Shown one piece after another: positions 33,012 through 42,132 of a stretch of 59,833 nt of DNA. Position 1 is the stretch's first letter; each line of letters opens with the position of its first letter. Made by a program: the position numbers and the translations under genes. Origin of the DNA: Terriglobia bacterium. GTDB taxonomy: Bacteria > Acidobacteriota > Terriglobia > 20CM-2-55-15. The stretch covers positions 1-59,833 of the forward strand of contig JBGPBY010000001.1 of the NCBI GenBank assembly GCA_041481485.1. Direction: 5' to 3'. The notes beneath the pieces were generated by a model, which was given only the letters and a program-made list of their open reading frames with translations, searched no databases and was not told the origin of the DNA.

Positions 33012-33463
33012 TCGTACGCTCGGCAAATCCTGAAGACGTTCAATCCATGGTCCGCATCATTGCACACCATGCGTCGCAGGGACTGATGCTTCCACGCTCC
33101 GCCAGCGCATTGAATGCGGCATTACATCAATATGTCGTGGCAGAGGCCAATGGCGAAGTCGTCGGCTGTGGAGGCTTGCAACAATACTCGAACGATACGG
33201 CGGAACTATGCGCCCTCGCCACGGCCCCCGCTGGTTCGCCGAGCGGAACCGGACGCGCACTGGTCGACGCGCTAGTGGGACGGGCAAGAAACGGAAGTCT
33301 CAACCGGGTGTTTGCGTTGACGCTGGCTCCGGGATTCTTTGAGCGGATGGGATTCAAAACCATTGAACATCGGGATCTTCCTCTTAAAGTCTGGACCGAT
33401 TGCGTCGCCTGCCCGAAATACGGCAACTGTGACGAAATCGCCATGGTTCTGGATTTGAACTGA
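33008..33463 (+). CDS. GNAT N-acetyltransferase, short N-acetylglutamate synthase-like
   Basis: 151-aa GNAT fold (VVGCGGL...AELCALAT....SGTGRALVDAL...A). ATGA-coupled to argB. The function is inferred from position only. Confidence 0.7.
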   Translation: MIVRSANPEDVQSMVRIIAHHASQGLMLPRSASALNAALHQYVVAEANGEVVGCGGLQQYSNDTAELCALATAPAGSPSGTGRALVDALVGRARNGSLNRVFALTLAPGFFERMGFKTIEHRDLPLKVWTDCVACPKYGNCDEIAMVLDLN

Positions 33464-33471
33464 GACAGACG

Positions 33472-35058
33472 CTAATGCCGCTTTTTTCCGCGCCCTGCGA
33501 GTTTTGCAATCAAGTGTGAAAGTTCTGCAGCATCGACAGGTTTGGCAAGATGGGCGTCAAAGCCGGCAGCAAGTGCTTTGTGAACATCAGTGGTATTCGC
33601 ATAGGCGGTGACGGCGATGGCTGGCGTCTTTCCGCCCTTTAGCGGCTCGAGACTGCGGACTTTGCGAATAAAGCTGAGTCCGTCTTCTTCAGGCATCGCG
33701 ATGTCGCAGAGTGTGAGGTGCGGCTTGAATCGGGAAAGAGCCGCAAGACCGGCGGCGGCGGATGCAGCGGTTTCGACTTCTGCACGGGAAGACTGCAGGA
33801 TCGCCGAGAACGCGTCCCTGGCATCCTCCAGATCGTCAATGACCAGCACACGCAGACCCGTCAGACTTGCTGGACGTTTTCCCGCACCATCGGCAGATAC
33901 ACGCGCCCGGGGTTTTCTGCTGCCCTGAGCAAGTCGAACGACGCACGGAAACGTTACGGTGAAGACAGAGCCTTGACCTTCGCCCTGACTCTGCGCCGTT
34001 ACCGTACCCTGGTGCATGTGGACCAGGTTTCGAACGATCGACAGACCCAGCCCAATGCCGCCAAACATTCGTTTCGAGGAACTGTCCTCCTGTCTGAAGC
34101 GGTCAAACAAATAGGGCAGGAACTCGGCACGGATCCCCTTGCCGGTGTCTTCCACCTGAATTTCAATTTGCTTCCTGTCCTTCCTGAGCTTCGACCGTAC
34201 AGTGATCCTTCCTCCATGTGGAGTGAACTTGACGGCATTCGTAAACAGATTGCGGAATACTTGCTCCATGCGGGCGCGGTCTGCGTGAATTGCGCAAATT
34301 GAAGGATCGAATTTGGTTTGAATCCGGATGGACTTGGCGTCCGCCAGGCTCCGAACCGAATCCAGTGCCGCAACAACACAGTCTTTCGGGTGGATCTCGC
34401 AAAGCTTCAGGAGCATTTTTCCAGACTGAATGCGCGACACATCGAGTAAATCATCGATGAGCTGGCCCTGATCCATGGCGCTCTTTTCGATCACCGCGAT
34501 CGCCCGCGCTGTCTTTTCCGCGTCGGGCTTGCCCAGACGCAGCGTTTGAGCCCAACCCAGGATCGTCGTTAATGGAGTTCGCAGCTCATGGGAAAGCGTG
34601 GCGAGGAATTCGTCCTTCAGCAGGCTCGTTTTTTCGGCGTTTCGCTGCGCGGCCGTCTGCTTCTTCCACGTACGATCTTCAATCGTCAGGAGTGCGGACA
34701 TTGCTTCTGATCGATTCAGACGAACCGCCGTCGCATGCAAATTCAAATCCTTATTTCCAACTCGAGGAAAACTCTGCTCGATAGCAAGGTCACGAAACGG
34801 TTTGCCCTGAACCAAAACGGATTCGAGTATTGTCTCCAGAGTCGGGATGTTCCATTGCTCATCGGCCAATTCAGTGAGGAGCTTCCCTTCAACTTGTCCG
34901 TCTTCGAACTTGAACAGGCTGTAGAACGATTCGTTGGCCATTTGGATGCGCCGCCTGTAATCGAGAAGCAACATCGCAACTGGTACTGTATTGATGATTG
35001 TCCGGAGATTATCGGAGGCGATTTTCAACGTGGCGATTTGCCTGAAGGGTGGCCCCAT
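33472..35058 (-). CDS. cytoplasmic hybrid sensor histidine kinase (PAS + HisKA + HATPase_c + REC)
   Basis: H-box FLATLSHELRTPLTTILGWAQ. ATPase N and G boxes (RNLFTNAVKFTP, DTGKGI, GGIGLGLSIV). C-terminal REC (VLVIDDLED...LCDIAMPEEDG...K). No TM segments. Confidence 0.9.
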   Translation of the reverse strand: MGPPFRQIATLKIASDNLRTIINTVPVAMLLLDYRRRIQMANESFYSLFKFEDGQVEGKLLTELADEQWNIPTLETILESVLVQGKPFRDLAIEQSFPRVGNKDLNLHATAVRLNRSEAMSALLTIEDRTWKKQTAAQRNAEKTSLLKDEFLATLSHELRTPLTTILGWAQTLRLGKPDAEKTARAIAVIEKSAMDQGQLIDDLLDVSRIQSGKMLLKLCEIHPKDCVVAALDSVRSLADAKSIRIQTKFDPSICAIHADRARMEQVFRNLFTNAVKFTPHGGRITVRSKLRKDRKQIEIQVEDTGKGIRAEFLPYLFDRFRQEDSSSKRMFGGIGLGLSIVRNLVHMHQGTVTAQSQGEGQGSVFTVTFPCVVRLAQGSRKPRARVSADGAGKRPASLTGLRVLVIDDLEDARDAFSAILQSSRAEVETAASAAAGLAALSRFKPHLTLCDIAMPEEDGLSFIRKVRSLEPLKGGKTPAIAVTAYANTTDVHKALAAGFDAHLAKPVDAAELSHLIAKLAGRGKKRH

Positions 35059-35076
35059 TATTCGTCTTTCAACATC

Positions 35077-35490
35077 TCAGGGTCGTTTTTGGGAACGATG
35101 GGTTGGGAGCTTTGAAATCAGCGTGTCCAGCTTTTCTCCTGTGATTGGTTTGGAAAGAAACAGATTGATGACCGTGTCAGTGTCGTCGCCCAGATTGTAA
35201 AGATCGGTATCGTTCATTGCTGTGTGCATCGCAATCACCGCGTTTTTCCCCTCAGGCATTGCGCGCAGGGCCTGCGCAACTTCATAGCCGGGCATGTCGG
35301 GCAATCGCATGTCACAAAGAATGAATTCCGGCTGGAAACTCGCAGCCATTTGAAGCGCCTCGCGGCCGTTGGAGGCAATTCGAACCTCAAGTCCCTTGTC
35401 GCGTATGAACTCTGCTGTCGCTTCCGCAAGAGGTTCATGGTCTTCGACGAGCAATACCCGATAACGTGATCGGTAATGTTTCGAATTCAC
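35077..35490 (-). CDS. single-domain response regulator (REC only)
   Basis: The GTG at 35490 lies 6 nt after GGAGG (35501-35497 on the minus strand). VLLVEDHE...ILCDMRLPDMPG...K. The ORF is open to a TTG at 35541. Confidence 0.8.
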   Translation of the reverse strand: MNSKHYRSRYRVLLVEDHEPLAEATAEFIRDKGLEVRIASNGREALQMAASFQPEFILCDMRLPDMPGYEVAQALRAMPEGKNAVIAMHTAMNDTDLYNLGDDTDTVINLFLSKPITGEKLDTLISKLPTHRSQKRP

Positions 35491-35594
35491 GAAGTTCCTC
35501 CGTAAAGCCGCAATCGTGCGACGCCACAATCTGGGCCGCAAAAATTCAAGTAGTCTCTGCTTTCAGTAAAGCATGAATGGAGGTAATTATGGGA

Positions 35595-36914
35595 CTACAT
35601 ACTGTTGGGGCGTCTGAAGGATTTGTCTTTGCGGGCGACGATGTTCGCAGGAAGAAGGTAATCCTTTGGAATATCGGCAAATTCTGCCGAGAACGTATTC
35701 AAGTCGATTTCCGAAAGTTCTTTGCCTTCAGTCAGAGCCTGCCGTACTGCACGTGCAACCACATCGTGAGCTGTCCGGAATGGAACACCTTTAAGGACCA
35801 GGAAATCCGCCAGGTCCGTTGCACCCATAAAAGAGTCGGAGGCGGCGGCCTGCATCGTTCCAGCGTTCAGTTGGACGGTTCGAATTGTGAGCCGCAGCAC
35901 GCTGAAAGTCAGCCGAATGTTTTGAAACGCCGTCAGCATGGCTTCCTTGTCTTCCTGAAGATCCTTGTTGTATCCGGTTGGCAGACCTTTCATAACGGAG
36001 AGAAATCCAGTCAGAAGCCCGGTCGTCATTGCTGCCTTCGCCCGAATCAGCTCCAGTCCGTCTGGATTCTTTTTCTGCGGCATCAAACTGCTGCCGGTCG
36101 TGACCTTCTCGGACAGCTCGAGAAATCCAAACTCGCTGGATGAATACAAAATCCAGTCTTCCGCGAGCCGGCTGGCATGAACCATTGCCAGCGCAGCGTT
36201 CGCCAGAAACTCAATTACAAAATCCCGATCCGACGTGGCATCCAGAGCATTTGCCGATATACGGGTAAATCCAAGGTCCTTTGCAATCGCTTCGCGGTTC
36301 AGTGCGAAATTGGAGCCCGCGACTGCACCGGAACCCAGTGGCATGACGTTTATTCTCTCCAGCGAGCCTTCAAATCGTTCGCGGTCACGTGTGAACATCT
36401 CTACATAGGCCAGGCAGTAATCGCACCACCGAATCGGTTGTGCCCGCCGCATATGGGTGTATGCGGGAAGAAGCACCGCGGGATATCGATTCGCGCATTC
36501 CACTAAGGCAAGAGTAAGGGCCTCCAGATCGGCAGTGATCAGTTCGACAGCTTTCCGAACGTAGAGTCTGAAATCGGTTGCGACCTGATCGTTGCGGCTC
36601 CGGCCGGTGTGCAGCTTGAGCGCCACCGCACCAAGCTGCTCGGCCAGTGTCGCCTCGACAAAAGTGTGGATGTCTTCGTAAGGCATCGCTTTCACTTCGT
36701 CGGGAGAATATTTGCTGAGAATCGCTTCCAATCCGCGATCGATGGTCTGCCACTCCTCGTCGTTCAATATTCCCGCGCCGTGCAATCCTCTGGCGTGAGC
36801 ACGGCTGGCTCGGATATCCACTTCGAGCAGAACTGCATCGATCGGAAGCGATCGATTCATTTTCTCGAAAACCGGATCCTGTTCCTCTTCAAAGCGGCCT
36901 TTCCACAGCTTCAT
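35595..36914 (-). CDS. argH: argininosuccinate lyase
   Basis: MKLWKGRFEE from the ATG at 36914, 10 nt after the argG stop. TGSSLMPQKKNPD signature. Confidence 0.9.
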   Translation of the reverse strand: MKLWKGRFEEEQDPVFEKMNRSLPIDAVLLEVDIRASRAHARGLHGAGILNDEEWQTIDRGLEAILSKYSPDEVKAMPYEDIHTFVEATLAEQLGAVALKLHTGRSRNDQVATDFRLYVRKAVELITADLEALTLALVECANRYPAVLLPAYTHMRRAQPIRWCDYCLAYVEMFTRDRERFEGSLERINVMPLGSGAVAGSNFALNREAIAKDLGFTRISANALDATSDRDFVIEFLANAALAMVHASRLAEDWILYSSSEFGFLELSEKVTTGSSLMPQKKNPDGLELIRAKAAMTTGLLTGFLSVMKGLPTGYNKDLQEDKEAMLTAFQNIRLTFSVLRLTIRTVQLNAGTMQAAASDSFMGATDLADFLVLKGVPFRTAHDVVARAVRQALTEGKELSEIDLNTFSAEFADIPKDYLLPANIVARKDKSFRRPNSM

Positions 36915-36924
36915 CTTGCGTCCG

Positions 36925-38103
36925 TCAAACCGCTTTGAGTCCGGAGAATTTGATGAACCCTTCGGCATCCTGATGCATTGTTTCGCCGGAGCCGAACGAC
37001 GGAATTTCCTTGTGATACAGGCTGTGCGGGGAGCGCCGGCTTTTCACCGTGAGATTGCCTTTGTACAAACTGAGCGTGACGGAACCGGTGATGTTCTGAT
37101 TCGTTTTTGCGAAAAATGCATCCAGAGCCTCGCGAAGCGGTGTGAACCATTGCCCGTCATAGACAAGCTGGGCATAGGTAATTGCAAGAGTATCCTTCTG
37201 GCGGCGTGTCTGACGGTCCAGAACGAGAGATTCCAATTCCCGGTGCGCCACCGTGATCAGAGTACCTCCTGGCGTCTCGTAGACTCCACGCGATTTCAGA
37301 CCGAGAATCCGATTCTCGACAAGGTCCACCCGGCCAATACCGTTTGTTCCGGCAATCTCGTTCAAGTCTTCCATCAATTGAATCGGAGGAATTGGAAACC
37401 CATTGAGGCCAACGGGAACCCCGCCCTCGAAGTCGATGGTGATTTCACTGTCTCCGTCCGGACAAACGGCGGGATCCAGCGTCAATTCGAAGATGTCGTG
37501 AGGTGGAGGTTCGGCCGGATCGTCGAGAATGCCCCCTTCATGACTGAAATGCCAAAGATTCGAATCGTGGCTGTAGATTTTCTCTTCTGTAGTCCGGATG
37601 GGTATATTGCGCTCCTTTGCATAAGCGATTGCTTCCCGCCTCGACTGAATTTCCCATTCGCGCCACGGGGCGACGATCCTCAACTGGGGCGCGAAGGTCT
37701 TATACGCCAGCTCGAATCTTACCTGGTCGTTTCCCTTCGGTTCGCAACCGTGAACCAAAGCGTCAGCGCCTTCTCTCAGTGCAATTTCAACCTGACGCTT
37801 TGCAATCAAAGGGCGCGCGATGGAAGCGCCCAGAAGGTATGAGCCTTCATAGCTGGCCCCCGACTTTACGAGAGGCCAGAGATAATCGACGACAAATTCA
37901 CTCCGCAAGTCCTCGGCGAAAACTCTGTCGGCGCCTGTTTTGAAGGCTTTTCGCTGTGCTTCTTCCGGGCCGTCGATCTGGCCGACGTTGGCAATGTAGG
38001 CGATTACCTCACACCCATAATTTTCTTTGAGCCAGGGGATGATGATCGAGGTGTCCAAACCGCCCGAGTACGCGAGCACGGCTCTCTTCAATGGCAGTTT
38101 CAT
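36925..38103 (-). CDS. argG: argininosuccinate synthase
   Basis: AVLAYSGGLDTS P-loop. GGAG lies 7 nt before the ATG at 38103. Typical ArgG length. Confidence 0.95.
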   Translation of the reverse strand: MKLPLKRAVLAYSGGLDTSIIIPWLKENYGCEVIAYIANVGQIDGPEEAQRKAFKTGADRVFAEDLRSEFVVDYLWPLVKSGASYEGSYLLGASIARPLIAKRQVEIALREGADALVHGCEPKGNDQVRFELAYKTFAPQLRIVAPWREWEIQSRREAIAYAKERNIPIRTTEEKIYSHDSNLWHFSHEGGILDDPAEPPPHDIFELTLDPAVCPDGDSEITIDFEGGVPVGLNGFPIPPIQLMEDLNEIAGTNGIGRVDLVENRILGLKSRGVYETPGGTLITVAHRELESLVLDRQTRRQKDTLAITYAQLVYDGQWFTPLREALDAFFAKTNQNITGSVTLSLYKGNLTVKSRRSPHSLYHKEIPSFGSGETMHQDAEGFIKFSGLKAV

Positions 38104-38983
38104 CGTGATTCTCCAGAAGCGAAATCAATATGGCCTTCTCTGCCGGCAGTCTGTTGGCCGCCTGGCGGAAAACCAGCGAATTGTCGGAGTCGATGACGGG
38201 ATCCGTCACCTCCAGGCCGCGATGGGCCGGGAGACAGTGCATAAAGAATGACGGCTTGCCGGTTTTTGCGAAGAGCCGTTCGTTGACCTGATACGGAAGG
38301 AAAATTTCGTTGCGTTCTTTCGCTTCGCTTTCCTGGCCCATACTCGTCCAGACATCGGTGTAGATCGCATCCGCGCCTTCGACGGCATCCGGTTCCGTAA
38401 ACCAATCGACAGCTTCTCCGGATTGCGGCCCAAACCCCCTGGGACAAATGGCCCGGAAGGAAATGCCGGAAAGCTCACATGCTTTCCACAACGAACGCGA
38501 CACGTTGTTCCAATCGCCGATATAGGCGACGGTTTTGTTGTCAATTTCATCCCACACTTCGGAAAGCGTCAGGACATCTGCAAGAGCCTGGCAAGGATGT
38601 TCCCAGTCGCTAAGCGCATTAATCACGGGAATCGTCGCAAACGTTGCCAGCTCTTCCAGATTCACATGCCGGAAAACGCGCGCCACAATGCCGTCGACCC
38701 ACAAAGACAAATTCCGAGCGAGGTCCGGTATGCTTTCACGTTCCCCCAGCTGGCTCTCTCCATCCCCAAGAAGAATCGGCCAGGCGCCCAGTTGCCGGAT
38801 GGCGACTTCAAACGTCACCCGGGTGCGCAACGACGGCTTTTCAAAAATCATGGCGATGTTTTTTCCTGCCAGGGCAAAATTGAGGCGATTCGTGCGTTGT
38901 GCCGCTGCGGAAGACAACAGATAGGAGAAGTCGCCTTTGGACAGCTGCCCAAGGGACAGCATGTCTGCATACTTATTCATCAT
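38009..38983 (-). CDS. argF: ornithine carbamoyltransferase (with ~31-aa C-terminal extension overlapping argG)
   Basis: FEKPSLRTRVTFE, HPCQALAD and FMHCLPAHRG motifs. The reading frame stays open 95 nt past the argG start. Confidence 0.9.
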   Translation of the reverse strand: MMNKYADMLSLGQLSKGDFSYLLSSAAAQRTNRLNFALAGKNIAMIFEKPSLRTRVTFEVAIRQLGAWPILLGDGESQLGERESIPDLARNLSLWVDGIVARVFRHVNLEELATFATIPVINALSDWEHPCQALADVLTLSEVWDEIDNKTVAYIGDWNNVSRSLWKACELSGISFRAICPRGFGPQSGEAVDWFTEPDAVEGADAIYTDVWTSMGQESEAKERNEIFLPYQVNERLFAKTGKPSFFMHCLPAHRGLEVTDPVIDSDNSLVFRQAANRLPAEKAILISLLENHDETAIEESRARVLGRFGHLDHHPLAQRKLWV

Positions 38984-39001
38984 AGTGCATAAGTATGCGT
39001 A
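38964..39001. promoter_or_regulatory. tandem ARG boxes (ArgR operator) at argF
   Basis: Box 1 is TCTGCATACTTATTCATC (38964-38981, a good match). Box 2 is AGTGCATAAGTATGCGTA (38984-39001, weaker). They are separated by 2 bp. A 9-bp inverted repeat GCATACTTA/TAAGTATGC spans the ATG. Confidence 0.45.
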
Positions 39002-39020
39002 AGCGGCGTCTGGCGGTCAA
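38992..39020 (-). promoter_or_regulatory. candidate sigma70 promoter of argF-argG-argH
   Basis: The minus strand reads TTGACC (39020-39015), a 17-nt spacer, then CATACT (38997-38992). The ATG at 38983 is 8 nt after the -10 and there is no Shine-Dalgarno sequence. Confidence 0.4.
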
Positions 39021-39072
39021 CGGTTTTCAATACGGTTGATGAATTGTCCCATCCTGCGTCCGGGAATCGATT

Positions 39073-39081
39073 TGCTATAAT
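39073..39081 (+). promoter_or_regulatory. extended -10 element upstream of argR
   Basis: TGCTATAAT (TGn + a perfect TATAAT), 20 nt before the argR ATG. The -35 is poor. Confidence 0.4.
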
Positions 39082-39101
39082 TCCCGCGCACCAGGCGCGT
39101 C

Positions 39102-39539
39102 ATGAAAAAATTCCGTCAAAAGGCCATTTTGGACCTCGTTCGAAACCGGGAGATTGCCAGTCAGGAAGAGCTGCTGGAAAATCTCCTTGCACGCAAGATC
39201 GACGTGTCGCAATCCACGTTGTCGCGCGACATTCAGGAACTCGGACTGGCGAAATCCGGAGGTGTTTACACCGTCATGGATCCGGACACAACGCCGGCAT
39301 CCGATGAATCGGCCCAGCGAATTCTGGGAGAATTTCTCCATGAAGTCGCCGTGGCTCAGAACATTCTGGTGCTGAAAACCGGACCGGCGAATGCTTCCGT
39401 TGTCGCCAAGGCCGTTGATAATGCCGGTTGGCCGGAAATTGTCGGAAGTATCGCGGGGGACGATACCGTCTTTGTCCTGGTTCGATCGCCGAAAGAGGGT
39501 CAGGAACTGCGGCGGCGGATCATGGAGTTTCTAAAATAA
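39102..39539 (+). CDS. argR: arginine repressor
   Basis: RQKAILDLV....I.SQEEL...L....I.VSQSTLSRDI.ELGL.K winged-helix region, plus the C-terminal GTIAGDDT-like SIAGDDTVFVL. Confidence 0.9.
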   Translation: MKKFRQKAILDLVRNREIASQEELLENLLARKIDVSQSTLSRDIQELGLAKSGGVYTVMDPDTTPASDESAQRILGEFLHEVAVAQNILVLKTGPANASVVAKAVDNAGWPEIVGSIAGDDTVFVLVRSPKEGQELRRRIMEFLK

Positions 39540-40022
39540 AGGTGGGGCGTACATCCGGACTTCGCCCTTGTCGGCACAATCTTCCAACAATTGGCGAATT
39601 GTCAGGTTCCGGACAGGATCCCGAAAGTCCGGTGCGATTTCCGCAAGAGGGGCAAGTACGAATCTCCGTTCCGTATATCGCGGATGAGGCAGCGTCAATC
39701 CTTCAGCTCGCAGGTTCGACGATCCATACAAGAGAATATCCAGGTCCAGCGGACGCGGGCCTTTCGATTGATCACGGACCCTTCCCGCTTCCTTTTCGAT
39801 TGCAAGACAAAGCTCGAGCAGTTTCAAAGGCGGAAGGCGCGTCCCGATTTCGACAACTGTATTCAAAAACCACGGCTGGTCTTCGAAGTCCCGGGGCTCG
39901 GTAATGTACAATGAGGCGCTTCGCAGCAGGGTCACATCGTAGCTGCGAAGAGAAATCGCCGCATCGCGAAGTTGCTTTTCGCGATCGCCGACGTTGGATC
40001 CAAGACCGACAAAGATTTCCAT
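39531..40022 (-). CDS. folK: 2-amino-4-hydroxy-6-hydroxymethyldihydropteridine diphosphokinase
   Basis: FVGLGSNVGDR...PRPLDLDILLYG...LTLPHPR...RRFVL.PL.EI is the typical HPPK pattern. Confidence 0.85.
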   Translation of the reverse strand: MEIFVGLGSNVGDREKQLRDAAISLRSYDVTLLRSASLYITEPRDFEDQPWFLNTVVEIGTRLPPLKLLELCLAIEKEAGRVRDQSKGPRPLDLDILLYGSSNLRAEGLTLPHPRYTERRFVLAPLAEIAPDFRDPVRNLTIRQLLEDCADKGEVRMYAPPLF

Positions 40023-40046
40023 GGTTCGAATTATGATGCATCAATT

Positions 40047-40604
40047 ATGAAAACACGCGTGACTGAGACTCCTCTCGAGGGCCTCTTCGTCGTCAATATT
40101 GAGTTCTTCAAGGACGAGCGGGGGTTTTTCATAGAAAGCTGGAGCAAGAAGGATTTCGCTGCCGCGGGCATTCGCGCCGATTTCGTTCAGGACTCGCATT
40201 CCGCATCTCGCTATGGAGTGCTGCGCGGAATGCATTATCAGGACATGCGCGCTCCAACCGGAAAGCTCGTGCGTTGTACGGTCGGCCGGATCCTCGATGT
40301 TGCAGTGGACCTGCGAGAAAGCTCCAAAACGTTTGGAAAGTATTTCAGCATCGAACTGAGTTCTGAAAATAAGTCCATGCTTTGGGTTCCCGTCGGCTTT
40401 GCACACGGATTTGGAACTCTATCGGACTACTGTGAGGTCCAGTACAAACAAACGGATTTCTATAATCCCCAGACCGAGGGGGGAATCGCATGGAATGATC
40501 CGGAGGTCGGCATTCCGTGGCCCATTAACTCTCCGGTGTTGTCGCAGCGGGATCAGAATCAGAAAAGTTTTGCAGAATATCGAAAGGCGCCGGTGTTTCG
40601 CTGA
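40047..40604 (+). CDS. rfbC: dTDP-4-dehydrorhamnose 3,5-epimerase
   Basis: ATG at 40047. F.DERGFF.E...........F.Q...S.S..GVLRG.H.Q......KLVRC..G.I.DV.VD.R..S.TFG is the RmlC cupin pattern. Confidence 0.85.
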   Translation: MKTRVTETPLEGLFVVNIEFFKDERGFFIESWSKKDFAAAGIRADFVQDSHSASRYGVLRGMHYQDMRAPTGKLVRCTVGRILDVAVDLRESSKTFGKYFSIELSSENKSMLWVPVGFAHGFGTLSDYCEVQYKQTDFYNPQTEGGIAWNDPEVGIPWPINSPVLSQRDQNQKSFAEYRKAPVFR

Positions 40605-41630
40605 TCAATACTGGCGGCTCATCGCGCGATACTGCGCGACGGCAAAATTGTGGGCTGCCAGGGTCTCCGAGAAAATGTGGCGCCCGCCGGTGGTTCGCAC
40701 GAAGTAAAAATAGTTGGTTCCTGCCGGTTGAATGGCGGCCATCAGGGAATTGTAGCCAGGATTCATGATGGGACCGGGTGGGAGACCGGGATAAACGTAC
40801 GTGTTATAGCGAGAGTCGAACTTCAGATCGCGAAGCGAGAGTTTTCCGCGATATTGATTTTCCAGCTCGAGCGCGTAAATCACTGTCGTGTCGCATTGCA
40901 GCAGCATTTTTTTCCGCAAGCGGTTCTGATAGACCGACGAAATCAGCGGCCGCTCTTCATCATGCGCGGCCTCGGACTCGACAATGGATGCCAGAATCAC
41001 CGTGGCTCCAAGTTTGGCTGGCCAGCGATCGGCAGGAACAGTCTGGCGCAGTTTTCCGATCACTTCATGAAATCGTCCGACCATGGCCTCCACCGCCTGT
41101 TGAGCTGTGGTGTGAGACGGGAAAGAATATGTTTCGGGAAAAAGGTAGCCTTCAAGCGTGTGAGCACCGGAATCGAGATCCTGGATGAGAGGAACCGCGC
41201 TGTCCGCAGCACTTAAGAATTCTTCAGCGCTCCCAAATCCCTCTTCCTCCCATTTTCCAGCGGTTTGGTGCAGCGTCAATCCTTCGGGGACCGTAAATTT
41301 GTGCAGGTACACGCGTCCATTCGCTAGCTTATCGATGACTTCGTTCGGAGACATCGGATGGTCGAACATGTATTCACCCGCCTGAAGCCTGCCGCGATTT
41401 CCAGTCAATACCAACAGCGCCAGCATGACATTTTCACTGCCAATAATGTTCTTTTCGTGCAGGAGATGAACAACTTCCCGGGTGTGCGATCCCTTTGGAA
41501 TTTCAATGATGACAGGATTGGTACCGGTGGAATGAGGAGTCTGCAACTGATTGTGGAGGTACAGATACAACCCTAAACCGGCTCCCATCAGCAGAAAGAA
41601 CAAAATGGCCAGCGCCCGAAGAAGTCTCAT
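40605..41630 (-). CDS. mltG: endolytic murein transglycosylase MltG (YceG family)
   Basis: N-terminal TM segment. SIVESEA, YNTY and LPPGPI motifs. C-terminal FYFV....G.H.FS.T..EH. Confidence 0.85.
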   Translation of the reverse strand: MRLLRALAILFFLLMGAGLGLYLYLHNQLQTPHSTGTNPVIIEIPKGSHTREVVHLLHEKNIIGSENVMLALLVLTGNRGRLQAGEYMFDHPMSPNEVIDKLANGRVYLHKFTVPEGLTLHQTAGKWEEEGFGSAEEFLSAADSAVPLIQDLDSGAHTLEGYLFPETYSFPSHTTAQQAVEAMVGRFHEVIGKLRQTVPADRWPAKLGATVILASIVESEAAHDEERPLISSVYQNRLRKKMLLQCDTTVIYALELENQYRGKLSLRDLKFDSRYNTYVYPGLPPGPIMNPGYNSLMAAIQPAGTNYFYFVRTTGGRHIFSETLAAHNFAVAQYRAMSRQY

Positions 41631-42067
41631 TGCTGCGGTTGGTTCTCAACCCCCGGCGACGCCAGACTGTTCAGATAGCTCTGCAATATGAACATCGCCG
41701 CGATCTTGTCGACATGTTTCCGGCGTTCGCGCCAGTTAAGACCCATTTCCTCAAGGTGTTCCTCAGCGGCAACGCTCGTCAGCCGCTCATCCCAGTAGAC
41801 AACGGGTAAACGGAGCTCCTTTTCCAGTTGTTGACCAAATTTCATGACTTTGGCGCCCTGACGGCTGGGCTTACCGTCCATGTGCAGGGGATTCCCGATG
41901 ATAATCCGGTGGACATCATATTCTTCAACCAAAGTGCGGAGGTATCGTATGGCAGCGGTGTTGTCGGATCGGTGAAGAGTCGCCTTACCCTGGGCGGTAA
42001 GAAGCAGAGAATCACTGATGGCAATCCCTATTGTCTTATCGCCAACGTCTAATCCCATCACTCGCAT
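41627..42067 (-). CDS. ruvX: YqgF/RuvX putative pre-16S rRNA nuclease
   Basis: MGLDVGDKTIGIAISD...DERLTS. The stop overlaps the mltG ATG (ATGA). Confidence 0.9.
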   Translation of the reverse strand: MRVMGLDVGDKTIGIAISDSLLLTAQGKATLHRSDNTAAIRYLRTLVEEYDVHRIIIGNPLHMDGKPSRQGAKVMKFGQQLEKELRLPVVYWDERLTSVAAEEHLEEMGLNWRERRKHVDKIAAMFILQSYLNSLASPGVENQPQQ

Positions 42068-42132
42068 GTTTTTCCATGATACAACGCCGGTTCCGGCGCG
42101 CTATAATCAGGACACCGACTTTGGAGGTCAAT

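Noticed and set aside
36916-37842. 308-aa + strand ORF over argG; likewise 58479-59456 over gyrA, 49803-50549 over uvrA, 19196-20528 over lepB/galU and 17832-18533 over the HNH gene
   Set aside because: All are mirror-strand ORFs of highly conserved housekeeping genes.
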